Of a stretch of DNA of 16,704 bases, positions 7,797 to 15,390 are shown in pieces. The notes under the pieces are model-generated. The model saw only the letters and a list, made by a program, of their open reading frames with translations. It was not told the DNA's origin and did no database searches. Source of the stretch: a virus (taxonomy: Duplodnaviria; Heunggongvirae; Uroviricota; Caudoviricetes). Position 1 is the stretch's first letter; every line of letters begins with the position of its first letter. A program made the translations under genes and the position numbers. The stretch is taken from the IMG/VR virus record IMGVR_UViG_2541047712_000007, one strand, 5' to 3'.

Positions 7797-8954
7797 TTAA
7801 TCGTCGTCCTGTGGCAGTTCCAGAATCTTGATCGCGTTCGAATCCACCACGCCACCGCCTAAATATTTCTGCGTGAAAATTTTGATGAAGCCCGGCTCTG
7901 TGAGGTTGTCCGGTCTGGTGCGAACACCTGTTTCGTGATCAACAATGTAGTAACCGCGTTTGAAGTCACCCAGGGCAATAACGTTATCAGGCATAAACTC
8001 CAGATATTCGACCGGAAGGCCCAGCAACGTATCAGGATCACCCGCCTGTAAACGGTCGCGCCAGATGTAATCACCGTTCGCGTTCTTCACCTTCTGAAGT
8101 TTTGCCGCCGTCGTGGAGTTAACCACCCAGACCGCGTTTTTGCGGTATTTTTTACGTAATGCAAATTTCAGGTCGATCAGCGGGTCCGCAGATGTCCACG
8201 CCAGAGATTCGGAAGGTTTAATTACCTGCAACGTACCAAAATCACGCTCTTTGTCGTTCTTCTCTGCACGGGGTACGGATAAAAAACCTTTTGCTTTTTT
8301 GTCACCGTCGCCCACAACCAGATCGCTTTCTTCGGTTTCCGTGAAGGTGTCGCCAATCTCACCCGTCAGCCATGAAAGGATGTCCACATCGGAAAAATCC
8401 ACGATTTCCTGTGTGGTGCGCGGGTACGCATAGACCGGATACAGCTTAATGCTCACCTCGTTAATCTGCGGGGTGCTGGTCTGTTCGCGTGTCTTACCCT
8501 CTTCACCGTGGTTAACGGTCGCACCGCCAGCGGAAACAAGCTGCTTAAACTCGTTGCTGCTGATTTTCTTCACGGTACAGATGCGGCGCATGGTGGATTC
8601 ATCCGTCAGCATTCGCATGATTTCGGTGTTCAGTTCGGGGATAACGGTATAACCACCATCAGCGGGAACGCCTGTACTTAATGCGCGGGTTTCACCTGTC
8701 AGAATGTAGTTGCGTAGTTCTGCGGGGTCAGTGGTCTGGCTGCTTTTACCTGGCTTGCTGCGCTCTTCGTCTGCAATGGCTTCAAGGCGGGAAATGTCTT
8801 TATCGAGGGATTCAGCTTTAGCGCGTAATTCGTCAAATTTTGCGCCCTCAGCATCGTTAAGACTGCGGTTTTCTTTTTCCGCGTTCTCCAGCATGTCGCG
8901 CATCTGATTTTTAATGGCGGTTTTCTGCTGGCGTAATTCGATTATTCTCGGCAT
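7797..8954 (-). CDS. Major capsid protein, HK97 fold, with N-terminal coiled-coil delta/scaffold-like domain (385 aa from the ATG at 8954)
   Basis: HK97-family capsid-like C-terminal two thirds. The N-terminal roughly 90 aa are charged and heptad-like, and no separate scaffold gene exists. ATG at 8954 with AGGA upstream; the ORF track extends to a GTG at 9002. Confidence 0.92.
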   Translation of the reverse strand: MPRIIELRQQKTAIKNQMRDMLENAEKENRSLNDAEGAKFDELRAKAESLDKDISRLEAIADEERSKPGKSSQTTDPAELRNYILTGETRALSTGVPADGGYTVIPELNTEIMRMLTDESTMRRICTVKKISSNEFKQLVSAGGATVNHGEEGKTREQTSTPQINEVSIKLYPVYAYPRTTQEIVDFSDVDILSWLTGEIGDTFTETEESDLVVGDGDKKAKGFLSVPRAEKNDKERDFGTLQVIKPSESLAWTSADPLIDLKFALRKKYRKNAVWVVNSTTAAKLQKVKNANGDYIWRDRLQAGDPDTLLGLPVEYLEFMPDNVIALGDFKRGYYIVDHETGVRTRPDNLTEPGFIKIFTQKYLGGGVVDSNAIKILELPQDDD

Positions 8955-9210
8955 AAAAAAAGTCCTGGGGTTAAGTAAGGAACTCCAGGACGCGGCAAAC
9001 ACTCAACCGTTTTTCATAAGGAAATCAGTAATCGCACCGATCGTTTTCCCGCCTGGTAATGAATATTGGCGAGCACATTAACAGGCGGGAAAATGGCCCC
9101 AGCGTCCTGGCACCACGGGCGAGAATAATCATGATTCAGGTCGGGTAAAATATGCCGTTCCGGTCAGCGAGCAACGTGGAACAACCACGAACAAATAATT
9201 TACAAAACAT

Positions 9211-9234
9211 GACAAAAAGCCGGATTGCTCCGGC
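9211..9234 (-). terminator. Rho-independent terminator ending the early/replication operon
   Basis: Minus-strand hairpin gccgga-GCAA-tccggc (GNRA loop; 9219-9234) followed by uuuuugucauguuuug, immediately after the stop at 9242. Confidence 0.7.
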
Positions 9235-9241
9235 TGTGTGA

Positions 9242-9514
9242 TTATCTGTCCTGGTAATTTCGCCATATTTCATCGCTTACACCATCTATACCCATTTCAG
9301 CATAAGTGCGATCTACTGCCTTTCTCAGGTCTCCGAAGTTATCCGGCGGCTCCGGTGGCTTCTGTGCCTTCCTGGAACATTCCAGCCGTCGCATCGTAAC
9401 CTGATGCCGTTCCTTGTCTGTCTCCACCAGCAGCATGACTTCACCCCATCGCGCCGACGCCCTCCGGTAAAAGCCTTTCGCCTCGAGTTCTTCCGCTATG
9501 CGGTCATGTACCAT
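9242..9514 (-). CDS. Hypothetical protein (about 91 aa)
   Basis: ORF downstream of ssb. The ATG at 9514 has a GAGGGG Shine-Dalgarno 6 nt upstream; the track ORF extends to 9634 but would overlap ssb. No family recognised. Confidence 0.5.
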   Translation of the reverse strand: MVHDRIAEELEAKGFYRRASARWGEVMLLVETDKERHQVTMRRLECSRKAQKPPEPPDNFGDLRKAVDRTYAEMGIDGVSDEIWRNYQDR

Positions 9515-9524
9515 CGCCACCCCC

Positions 9525-9935
9525 TCAGAACGGAATACCGTCACCGTAAGGGTCATCGCCTCCCGCTGGTGGCTGATTACCCTGTGTGCCTGTGGTTTTG
9601 CGTCTGTTCCCGCCAGGACGTGCCGCACGGGCACTGATTACGCTGTCTGCAATAACCTGATAACCCTGCCGCGTTTCCCCGTTCTGTCCCGTCCACTGGC
9701 TGACCTGCATCGTGCCGGATACGCTGGCAACGTCGCCTTTTTGATGTTTAGCCAGGAAGTCGGCCTGCTTACCAAATGCGATGACCGATAGCCATAACGT
9801 CGCCTGCCCATCCTGCGCCTGACTACATGGCAACGATACCGCCATACGCGCCAGCGTCATCGGTGTGCCCTTACTGGTCTGTTTTACCTGCGGGTCGTCC
9901 ACCAGCCGCCCGTAAGCCGCTATCTGTGCTGTCAT
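9525..9935 (-). CDS. ssb: Single-stranded DNA-binding protein (136 aa)
   Basis: OB-fold-like N-terminal region (AAYGRLVDDPQV...LWLSVIAFGKQADFL), Gly/Gln/Pro-rich linker, and the C-terminal acidic tail ...DDPYGDGIPF resembling the SSB DDDIPF tip. ATG overlaps the upstream stop; GGAGAGGTGG Shine-Dalgarno. Confidence 0.85.
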   Translation of the reverse strand: MTAQIAAYGRLVDDPQVKQTSKGTPMTLARMAVSLPCSQAQDGQATLWLSVIAFGKQADFLAKHQKGDVASVSGTMQVSQWTGQNGETRQGYQVIADSVISARAARPGGNRRKTTGTQGNQPPAGGDDPYGDGIPF

Positions 9936-10210
9936 GATTCCACCTCTCCGGTTTTAACGTTGATGGTTGTTACCTGTTCCGCTTCGGCAATCTCCCGTTC
10001 TGTCAGCGTGGCAAAGTTTGCCGCCGCCGTGGTCATGAATGCGCTTATCAGTTCGGGATGTGCTTTCGCGTATCCTTCCCCCGCGTGGCGGTCTATCGTT
10101 CTGATTGCCACCTTTAAAGCGTGCTCTGTCATGTCTAACGCGCGATATTTCGGTTCTGTTCTGTCTCTGCGTTTTTTGAGTGATTTATTAAATTTCCCTG
10201 AAGTGTGCAT
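9932..10210 (-). CDS. Hypothetical protein (92 aa), first gene after the origin
   Basis: ATG at 10210 with a GAGGGGG upstream; translationally coupled to ssb. No family recognised. Confidence 0.5.
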   Translation of the reverse strand: MHTSGKFNKSLKKRRDRTEPKYRALDMTEHALKVAIRTIDRHAGEGYAKAHPELISAFMTTAAANFATLTEREIAEAEQVTTINVKTGEVES

Positions 10211-10254
10211 ATTTATTTTTACCCCCTCGTTTAAAAAGTTTTGAGTTGTGCCTC

Positions 10255-10490
10255 CCCTTGTCTACCTTATCTACCTTACTGGCTCTCATGCCAGTAATGG
10301 CGCGGCTTTCAGCGGGGTAGAGTGCTTTTATCCACTATCTACCCCGTGTCTACCTCCCTGTCTGATTCAGGTAAAATCAGGTAGAGAGGGTAGATAGTGG
10401 GTAGACAGTAAAAAAAGGCTATCTACCTAACTTAATGCACTGAATTAAATGTATTTTTCTTTACTCAGGTAGACAGGGTAGACAGCAATT
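10255..10490. repeat. Iteron-type replication origin
   Basis: At least 11 copies of the 7-mer GGTAGA(C/G/T) in both orientations (for example tgtctaccttatctacc 10259-10275, ggtagagagggtagatagtgggtagacag 10380-10408, caggtagacagggtagacag 10466-10485), interspersed with A/T tracts, directly 3' of the primase gene. Confidence 0.75.
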
Positions 10491-10498
10491 ACAAAAAA

Positions 10499-12253
10499 TT
10501 ATAAAAACGCGTCGCACTCGTCTGTTGTTATTGCGTTAGTCTGCGTTACTCCCTTAACTTTCCGCGTAATATATTCATGTCCGTAAACTTTCGCGGCTGG
10601 CTTCATAGCCTTGCCAAAGTCATTTACGTTTAGCGGTTTGCTCCTGCCTGCGTACGCCATAAACGCCAGATAGACGCGGTAAAGACTGTTTCTGGTCGTG
10701 TACTTCACTGAATCGCCACCGCCGCCCATCATCAGGCCGCGTGCTTCCTCCAGAAAATTCAGGAACTGGCAAAACTCAATAACCGGATCCGTCTGTTGCT
10801 TTATTGCCAGAGCTTCATCACCGTCACGCTGTTCCAGTAGTAAAGCCCTCGCCTTCTCAGGGTCGGTAAAGTTCGCCAGCAATCGGCGGATAATGACAGG
10901 GATTTCAGCCGCGATCTTTTCCGGTAGCTCCCTGTCTTTTTCGGCCTCACTGACGATATTGTCGAAACGGAAAATCACGCGACGACGTGCCACACCTCCG
11001 GCCCGTTCGGTGAATATCATCGGGTTATTGTTGGTCGCCAGCACCACCGCCCTGATTACAGCCGTGAAACGCTTTTCGTATTTCGGGTTAATTTCCACGG
11101 GGTCACCGCCCGTGATTTTCTTGATGCCCGTTCCTTCGCCTGTATATTTCGGCTGGTCAGCCAGGACGATAAGACGACTCCCGACAACCTGCGCACGTCC
11201 ACCAGCATCATCAAGCGATGTCATTTCAGCGCTTACCGTGTTCTGTTTCCCTGCCAGAAGGCTGGCTATGTGTGTGAATGTACTTTTACCGCTCCCGCCG
11301 TCTCCGGTGGCCTCAATAAACATCTGCCAGTCGTACCGGTTCGCCATAATCATGTACAGCGCGGCACATATACGCATCATCTTGCGCGGGTCTTTTCCGG
11401 CTGCGTGCTCAAGCCATTTATGAAAGTTTGGCGCGTTATCGCGGATGTTCTCCCCTGGTGCTGGTGGCGTGTACTCAATGCCGTTGTGCGTGGTGATCCA
11501 GTTCTCCGGCGTGTGCGGGGAAAATTCCCCCGTTTTCAGGTCAAGCGCACCATTGGCGAACGGCAGCAAATCGCCGGACGGCTCGCCCATTGGTTCGGCA
11601 ATAACTTTTAACGCTTCCACGGCGTTATTGATTACGCGCTTGCTGAAAGTGGCCCTGTGCTCTGAATAGATCGCCACCATTTCGCGGCTAAGTTCCATTG
11701 TGCTGACCGGACACCATACCCCGCCGCGCCATACGTGAACGATTTCACTTTCAGGATGTACGCAAACGCCATCAAAGCGATCGGCAAGCAGCTGCGCGCG
11801 CTCACTGTCCGCCATCTGCGAAAGTTGCGCCTTTTGCTTTACCGGAAGCTCAATGACCAGACCATCAGAAAGATTCTGGCGCTCACGGGCCAGATATTCG
11901 CGCCAGTTCTCCACCTTCTGACCGTGCATACCCTCAGGATAAAAATTTGCATCCTGTACGCCTGCCGCCGCCAGCTTCTGGCCAATCGCCTTTATCATTA
12001 CTGGCGCAAGATATCCGGCCCTGAATATGCGCACGGATTTTCTGCCTTCCGGCACAATTTGCAGCTTATCCAGTTCTGATAACTGCTGCTCCCCAAGCCA
12101 CACAGGAGGCTCATTATCTCCGGCCATACGCGCATCATGTTCCTGCCATTGTTTCGCGTGTGCCCAGGCATCACTACCCGCAAAAATAATGACTTCTGTT
12201 CCTTTGTGTTTTATGCCGCGTGACTGCTGTTTTACGTTCGGTGCCAGTTTCAT
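10499..12253 (-). CDS. P4-family primase / SF3-type helicase replication protein (584 aa)
   Basis: Walker A motif TGDGGSGKSTF in the C-terminal half, size, and the position upstream of the iteron origin. ATG overlaps the upstream stop (ATGA). Confidence 0.9.
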   Translation of the reverse strand: MKLAPNVKQQSRGIKHKGTEVIIFAGSDAWAHAKQWQEHDARMAGDNEPPVWLGEQQLSELDKLQIVPEGRKSVRIFRAGYLAPVMIKAIGQKLAAAGVQDANFYPEGMHGQKVENWREYLARERQNLSDGLVIELPVKQKAQLSQMADSERAQLLADRFDGVCVHPESEIVHVWRGGVWCPVSTMELSREMVAIYSEHRATFSKRVINNAVEALKVIAEPMGEPSGDLLPFANGALDLKTGEFSPHTPENWITTHNGIEYTPPAPGENIRDNAPNFHKWLEHAAGKDPRKMMRICAALYMIMANRYDWQMFIEATGDGGSGKSTFTHIASLLAGKQNTVSAEMTSLDDAGGRAQVVGSRLIVLADQPKYTGEGTGIKKITGGDPVEINPKYEKRFTAVIRAVVLATNNNPMIFTERAGGVARRRVIFRFDNIVSEAEKDRELPEKIAAEIPVIIRRLLANFTDPEKARALLLEQRDGDEALAIKQQTDPVIEFCQFLNFLEEARGLMMGGGGDSVKYTTRNSLYRVYLAFMAYAGRSKPLNVNDFGKAMKPAAKVYGHEYITRKVKGVTQTNAITTDECDAFL

Positions 12254-12549
12254 TTTTTACCCCTGAATCCTTTAATCATGGTTTTCATCTTCTGAATATT
12301 GGCGCGTGCTTTCTCCCTGCTGGTGGGCACGTTACGCGGTACGGCCTGCACAAGAGAAAAATCACGGTCGAACTGATAAACAGGCATCACGCAATCATAT
12401 TCGTAGCCTTCACGACGGTAGGTTACGCGCCGTTCCTCCACGCCCTTAATCATTACCGTGCCGCCGTACTTATCGCGGTAAATATCACCGCGCATGAATT
12501 TAGTGCGAGTTTTGCCACTGGCAGTTAAGCCAGAATATTTAAGTTTCAT
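12250..12549 (-). CDS. Hypothetical protein (99 aa), basic
   Basis: ATG at 12549 with GGAGAA upstream; translationally coupled to the primase. No family recognised. Confidence 0.6.
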   Translation of the reverse strand: MKLKYSGLTASGKTRTKFMRGDIYRDKYGGTVMIKGVEERRVTYRREGYEYDCVMPVYQFDRDFSLVQAVPRNVPTSREKARANIQKMKTMIKGFRGKK

Positions 12550-12554
12550 TATTT

Positions 12555-12788
12555 TTATTCTCCGGTGTGGGGCGCTTTATACTGGTCGTGTAATGTCTCT
12601 ATTTCCTGCAACTCATTTATTACAGGCTCAAGAAGCGTTATTAATGCCGTGACAATCCTTGATTTCTGTTTATCACGTTCATTATCTCCAAGCGTTTCAA
12701 GACATATGCGCAATATTTCCAACATATTTTCACTGTGAGAAAGTGCAAGAAATGCGCGGTCTATTGTTTCGTGGTAAATATCACGCAT
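12555..12788 (-). CDS. Hypothetical protein (77 aa)
   Basis: ATG at 12788 with GGGGA Shine-Dalgarno; tightly packed in the operon. Confidence 0.55.
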   Translation of the reverse strand: MRDIYHETIDRAFLALSHSENMLEILRICLETLGDNERDKQKSRIVTALITLLEPVINELQEIETLHDQYKAPHTGE

Positions 12789-12789
12789 A

Positions 12790-13011
12790 TTAATCCCCGT
12801 CCGTCGTTTTTCTTAAAATAACCTCTGTCACGAAATCAGCATAATCGGCGGCGATATTCAGTACATCAAGCCCCGTTGATTTATATTCTCTCGTGGAAAG
12901 TAAGAAAAAAGCCGCTCTAATAAGCTCTGGCATTGACGAAAGCGCATCAGCCGCATCATCAGGAACGCCGGAAAATTCCTGTTTCAGGGAATTAAAACGA
13001 TCATCACGCAT
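12790..13011 (-). CDS. Hypothetical protein (73 aa), acidic
   Basis: ATG at 13011 with AGGGGGG Shine-Dalgarno; overlaps the upstream stop. Confidence 0.55.
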   Translation of the reverse strand: MRDDRFNSLKQEFSGVPDDAADALSSMPELIRAAFFLLSTREYKSTGLDVLNIAADYADFVTEVILRKTTDGD

Positions 13012-13369
13012 GTTTACCCCCCTGAATGACCTGATAACCGCAACTGGTCAGCAACTCGATAAATTCCGGCAGTGTGCCGAAACAGCAATCATCACGCAGC
13101 CGTTCGCAGGATACCTCGACGCCGTTTTCGTAGTGACTCACCATACATCCGGTAAAATGCAGATCATCATCGTGATGGCTCGTTGACGGCTTAATCAGTC
13201 GCGCACGTTCCGCCAGTTCCAGCAATGCTTCAACGCTTCCGGCAATTGCACCATCCGGCAGGTGATAATTACGCACTATGCGCCCGTTCTCCACATTGAC
13301 CAGCAACTGCCCGGTAAATTTCTCGTCAAACTGAATGCTGTTAAGGTCAGAAATTGACAGGTTATGCAT
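13004..13369 (-). CDS. Hypothetical protein (about 121 aa)
   Basis: ATG at 13369 (MHNLSISD...) with GGAGG upstream, overlapping the upstream stop; the track ORF extends to 13387. Confidence 0.55.
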   Translation of the reverse strand: MHNLSISDLNSIQFDEKFTGQLLVNVENGRIVRNYHLPDGAIAGSVEALLELAERARLIKPSTSHHDDDLHFTGCMVSHYENGVEVSCERLRDDCCFGTLPEFIELLTSCGYQVIQGGKHA

Positions 13370-13586
13370 GGTGCACCTCCTGCACATCAGCCATGATAAT
13401 TTTTCCGGCCTTATCCAGTGCCTGATCGGCTTTTAGCTGCACAAATGCTAAATAATGGAAGATGCATTCTGATTCTCTGGCTGCGTGTTTATGCGCCCTG
13501 TCAGCAATAACAGAAATATCAATAAGCGCGTGCATCAGCGTAGTGAGCGCGGCGGCTGCTGCGTCCGGTGTGGTTTTATTGCACAT
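13362..13586 (-). CDS. Hypothetical protein (74 aa)
   Basis: ATG at 13586 with AGGGGGT Shine-Dalgarno. Confidence 0.5.
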   Translation of the reverse strand: MCNKTTPDAAAAALTTLMHALIDISVIADRAHKHAARESECIFHYLAFVQLKADQALDKAGKIIMADVQEVHHA

Positions 13587-13782
13587 GGCCTACCCCCTGG
13601 CGAATACGGGCAGCGAATACCATCACGCAGCCATCAGGAGATTGCTGACGCGCTTCCTGTTCGCTGGTGGCCTCGATGGTAATCACGCGCGGTTGTGCCG
13701 TGCTCAGGGCGATAAAACGCCAGATGTATTTATTCAGGTCGTGCGAATCCCGCCCTTGCGGGTGTGTGGTATGATTTCTCAT
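13576..13782 (-). CDS. Hypothetical protein (68 aa), first gene of the leftward operon
   Basis: ATG at 13782 with GAGG 5 nt upstream. It is the C-terminal, plausible part of a 430-aa track ORF whose remainder is antisense to plus-strand genes and the operator region. Confidence 0.45.
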   Translation of the reverse strand: MRNHTTHPQGRDSHDLNKYIWRFIALSTAQPRVITIEATSEQEARQQSPDGCVMVFAARIRQGVGHVQ

Positions 13783-13878
13783 AGCTACCTCGATACTTTC
13801 GCTATCGTTGGTGGTTAGAAGCCCGGTTAGTGTTAGCGCACTGCCGGGTTTCGTCGTTTCTGCACCTTGCGCCAACAA

Positions 13879-13931
13879 GGTGTTGAACACCAATTTAAAC
13901 CCAGGTGTTAAACACGTCAAGTGTTGAACAC
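13879..13931. promoter_or_regulatory. Triple palindromic operator in a divergent promoter region
   Basis: Three copies of the palindrome GTGTT-N-AACAC: gtgttgaacac (13880-13890), gtgttaaacac (13905-13915), gtgttgaacac (13921-13931), lying between the leftward operon start (13782) and the plus-strand RHH gene (13982). Confidence 0.7.
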
Positions 13932-13981
13932 TTATTTTTTTTCCTGCATACTGCATTTGTTTTTTATGAGGGGTACACCAC

Positions 13982-14161
13982 ATGGCGACAAAAGCAGTAA
14001 ACGCAAAATCACAAACCGTTGCGGCAAGGGTTCCGCATGAAGTTATGAACAATGTTGAGGCGGTAAAAATGCCTGGCGAAAGTACGGGGCAATTTGTTAC
14101 TGCGGCATTAAAACGAGAAGTTGAATATCGCCAGCGGCGCAAGGCCAAAGAACCAGAGTAA
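13982..14161 (+). CDS. Ribbon-helix-helix (Arc/CopG-like) DNA-binding protein, 59 aa; candidate island repressor
   Basis: ATG at 13982 with GAGGGG Shine-Dalgarno. The translation has an RHH-like beta-strand (QTVAARVPHEV) followed by two helices. Below the ORF-track length cutoff; I translated it directly. Confidence 0.6.
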   Translation: MATKAVNAKSQTVAARVPHEVMNNVEAVKMPGESTGQFVTAALKREVEYRQRRKAKEPE

Positions 14162-14218
14162 TCACCATCAGCGCCGTGGTGTGAGGAACTACGGCGCATT
14201 GCTATGCAGGACAACACA

Positions 14219-14392
14219 ATGACCGATAAAGAATTGACCAAAACATTATCACCGGCACGGAAAAGACGGCGCAGAAAGATAGAGCATGAATCAGAAAGAT
14301 TCGCGCCATGTGCTTTTGCCCTTGAGCAATTCCTTAAAGAGTACAGGGAAAAGCGCTCATTGCAGGTATGGCAACGAACTGAACCAGACTGA
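14219..14392 (+). CDS. Hypothetical small basic protein (about 57 aa)
   Basis: ATG at 14219 with AGGA 7 nt upstream (track ORF starts at 14204). Arg-rich (RKRRRRK); followed by a plus-strand terminator. Confidence 0.3.
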   Translation: MTDKELTKTLSPARKRRRRKIEHESERFAPCAFALEQFLKEYREKRSLQVWQRTEPD

Positions 14393-14470
14393 TTGCATTG
14401 CCCACCAGCCGCAAATGTGGCATTGTTGGCAATGCTCATGCGTTGGGGATAACGTGTAGCTTGTGTCGAG

Positions 14471-14500
14471 GGGCCACCGTAGCGGGTGGCCTTTGTTTTG
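14471..14500 (+). terminator. Rho-independent terminator (plus strand)
   Basis: Hairpin ggccacc-gtagcg-ggtggcc followed by tttgttttg. Confidence 0.6.
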
Positions 14501-14594
14501 CCCGTTATTCGGCAATTGTGGCGCTTCTCCACATGGTTGATATAATCCCACTGCTCAGATTCATTTTTTGCGCAGTAGGTTAATTGTTCACAAA

Positions 14595-14626
14595 GGCGCT
14601 CCGGCAACGGGGCGCTTTTTGTTTTT
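14595..14626 (+). terminator. Rho-independent terminator (plus strand), GNRA loop
   Basis: Hairpin gcgctccg-GCAA-cggggcgc (8 bp including one G-U) followed by tttttgttttt. Confidence 0.6.
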
Positions 14627-14920
14627 ATTAGTTTGTAGAAACCTGACTCAGAGATAATGCTCATATTCTGATTGCCGTCAGGGGTGTAAGTTAAATTTAC
14701 TCCCTTTTTATCATCAAACATCTGCAACGCTCTGGCGTTAGCAATATTGGTTTCACTCCCGCCAGTAAGGCCGGAAATAACCGGAATAATTTCGGCAAAA
14801 TTTTGCAGATTCTGTTTTTCAGGACGAACGAAGCCCCGCCCTTGTTCGGGAGAATATCCAGTATTCATGGTTAGATCTCTGTATTAGTGGATGGGTGGCG
14901 GCTGTGTGCCGCCAGCCTGA

Positions 14921-15109
14921 TTAGTGAACTGCCTCGCAGCTGTCCTTCCATGCCAGAACTTCGGATAAAGACCAGCCAACGGAACGACCGCCCAGCTTAC
15001 GCCGTGATGGGAATTGTCCGGCTTTTTCCAGGCGGTACCGACATGAGCGGCTCAGGCCTGTAAGTTGCTGACATTCTTTTTCACGTATAAAGCGATCTGT
15101 GCTTAACAC
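14921..15109 (-). CDS. alpA: AlpA-family transcriptional regulator / excisionase-like protein (62 aa)
   Basis: QQLTGLSRSCRYRLEKAGQFP...KLGGRSVGWSLSEVLAW matches the AlpA winged-helix signature. GTG start at 15109 with AGGGGGAA upstream. Confidence 0.8.
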   Translation of the reverse strand: MLSTDRFIREKECQQLTGLSRSCRYRLEKAGQFPSRRKLGGRSVGWSLSEVLAWKDSCEAVH

Positions 15110-15113
15110 AATT

Positions 15114-15195
15114 CCCCCTTTGTTGTTTCTTAAAGAGTCATTGGGTGGATTATTGGGTTGGGTTGTGTCGGATTGTGTCAGGGTGTTTGTGGAAT
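15114..15195. promoter_or_regulatory. TTGT-rich phased direct repeats immediately upstream of alpA
   Basis: 10-bp register: ttgggtggat / tattgggttg / ggttgtgtcg / gattgtgtca / gggtgtttgt (15141-15190), preceded by tttgttgtttc (15117-15127). Confidence 0.45.
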
Positions 15196-15390
15196 GGCAA
15201 ACACTGGCGGCGGTCGTTTTACAGAAGCAGGGGGAATGAGAATAAAAACTCTTTTAATTCATTATGATGCAAAGGCATAAAATTTTACTTTTACGCCTTT
15301 TTTACATATTTTTAAGAGTGATTCGCCAGTGTATAAAAAAACAGTACACCTATAAAAATCAAATGGTTATTACGATGGCTGATTTTTAAC

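Noticed and set aside
7841-7863. tRNA-like T-loop (gcgTTCGAATCCacc)
   Set aside because: The flanking sequence does not form a T-stem or acceptor stem, and it lies inside the major capsid coding sequence.
10698-12266. Plus-strand ORFs of 61-241 aa inside the primase gene
   Set aside because: They are antisense to a well-supported 584-aa gene with a Walker A motif, and their translations are Ser/Arg/Pro-rich with low complexity.
13576-14868. 430-aa minus-strand ORF
   Set aside because: Its central part is antisense to the RHH gene, the triple operator and two plus-strand terminators, and is Cys/Ser/Arg-rich with low complexity. Only the last 68 codons (13576-13782), which have their own Shine-Dalgarno, are annotated. 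The first part (14500-14868) has no in-frame stop of its own, so it cannot be a separate gene.
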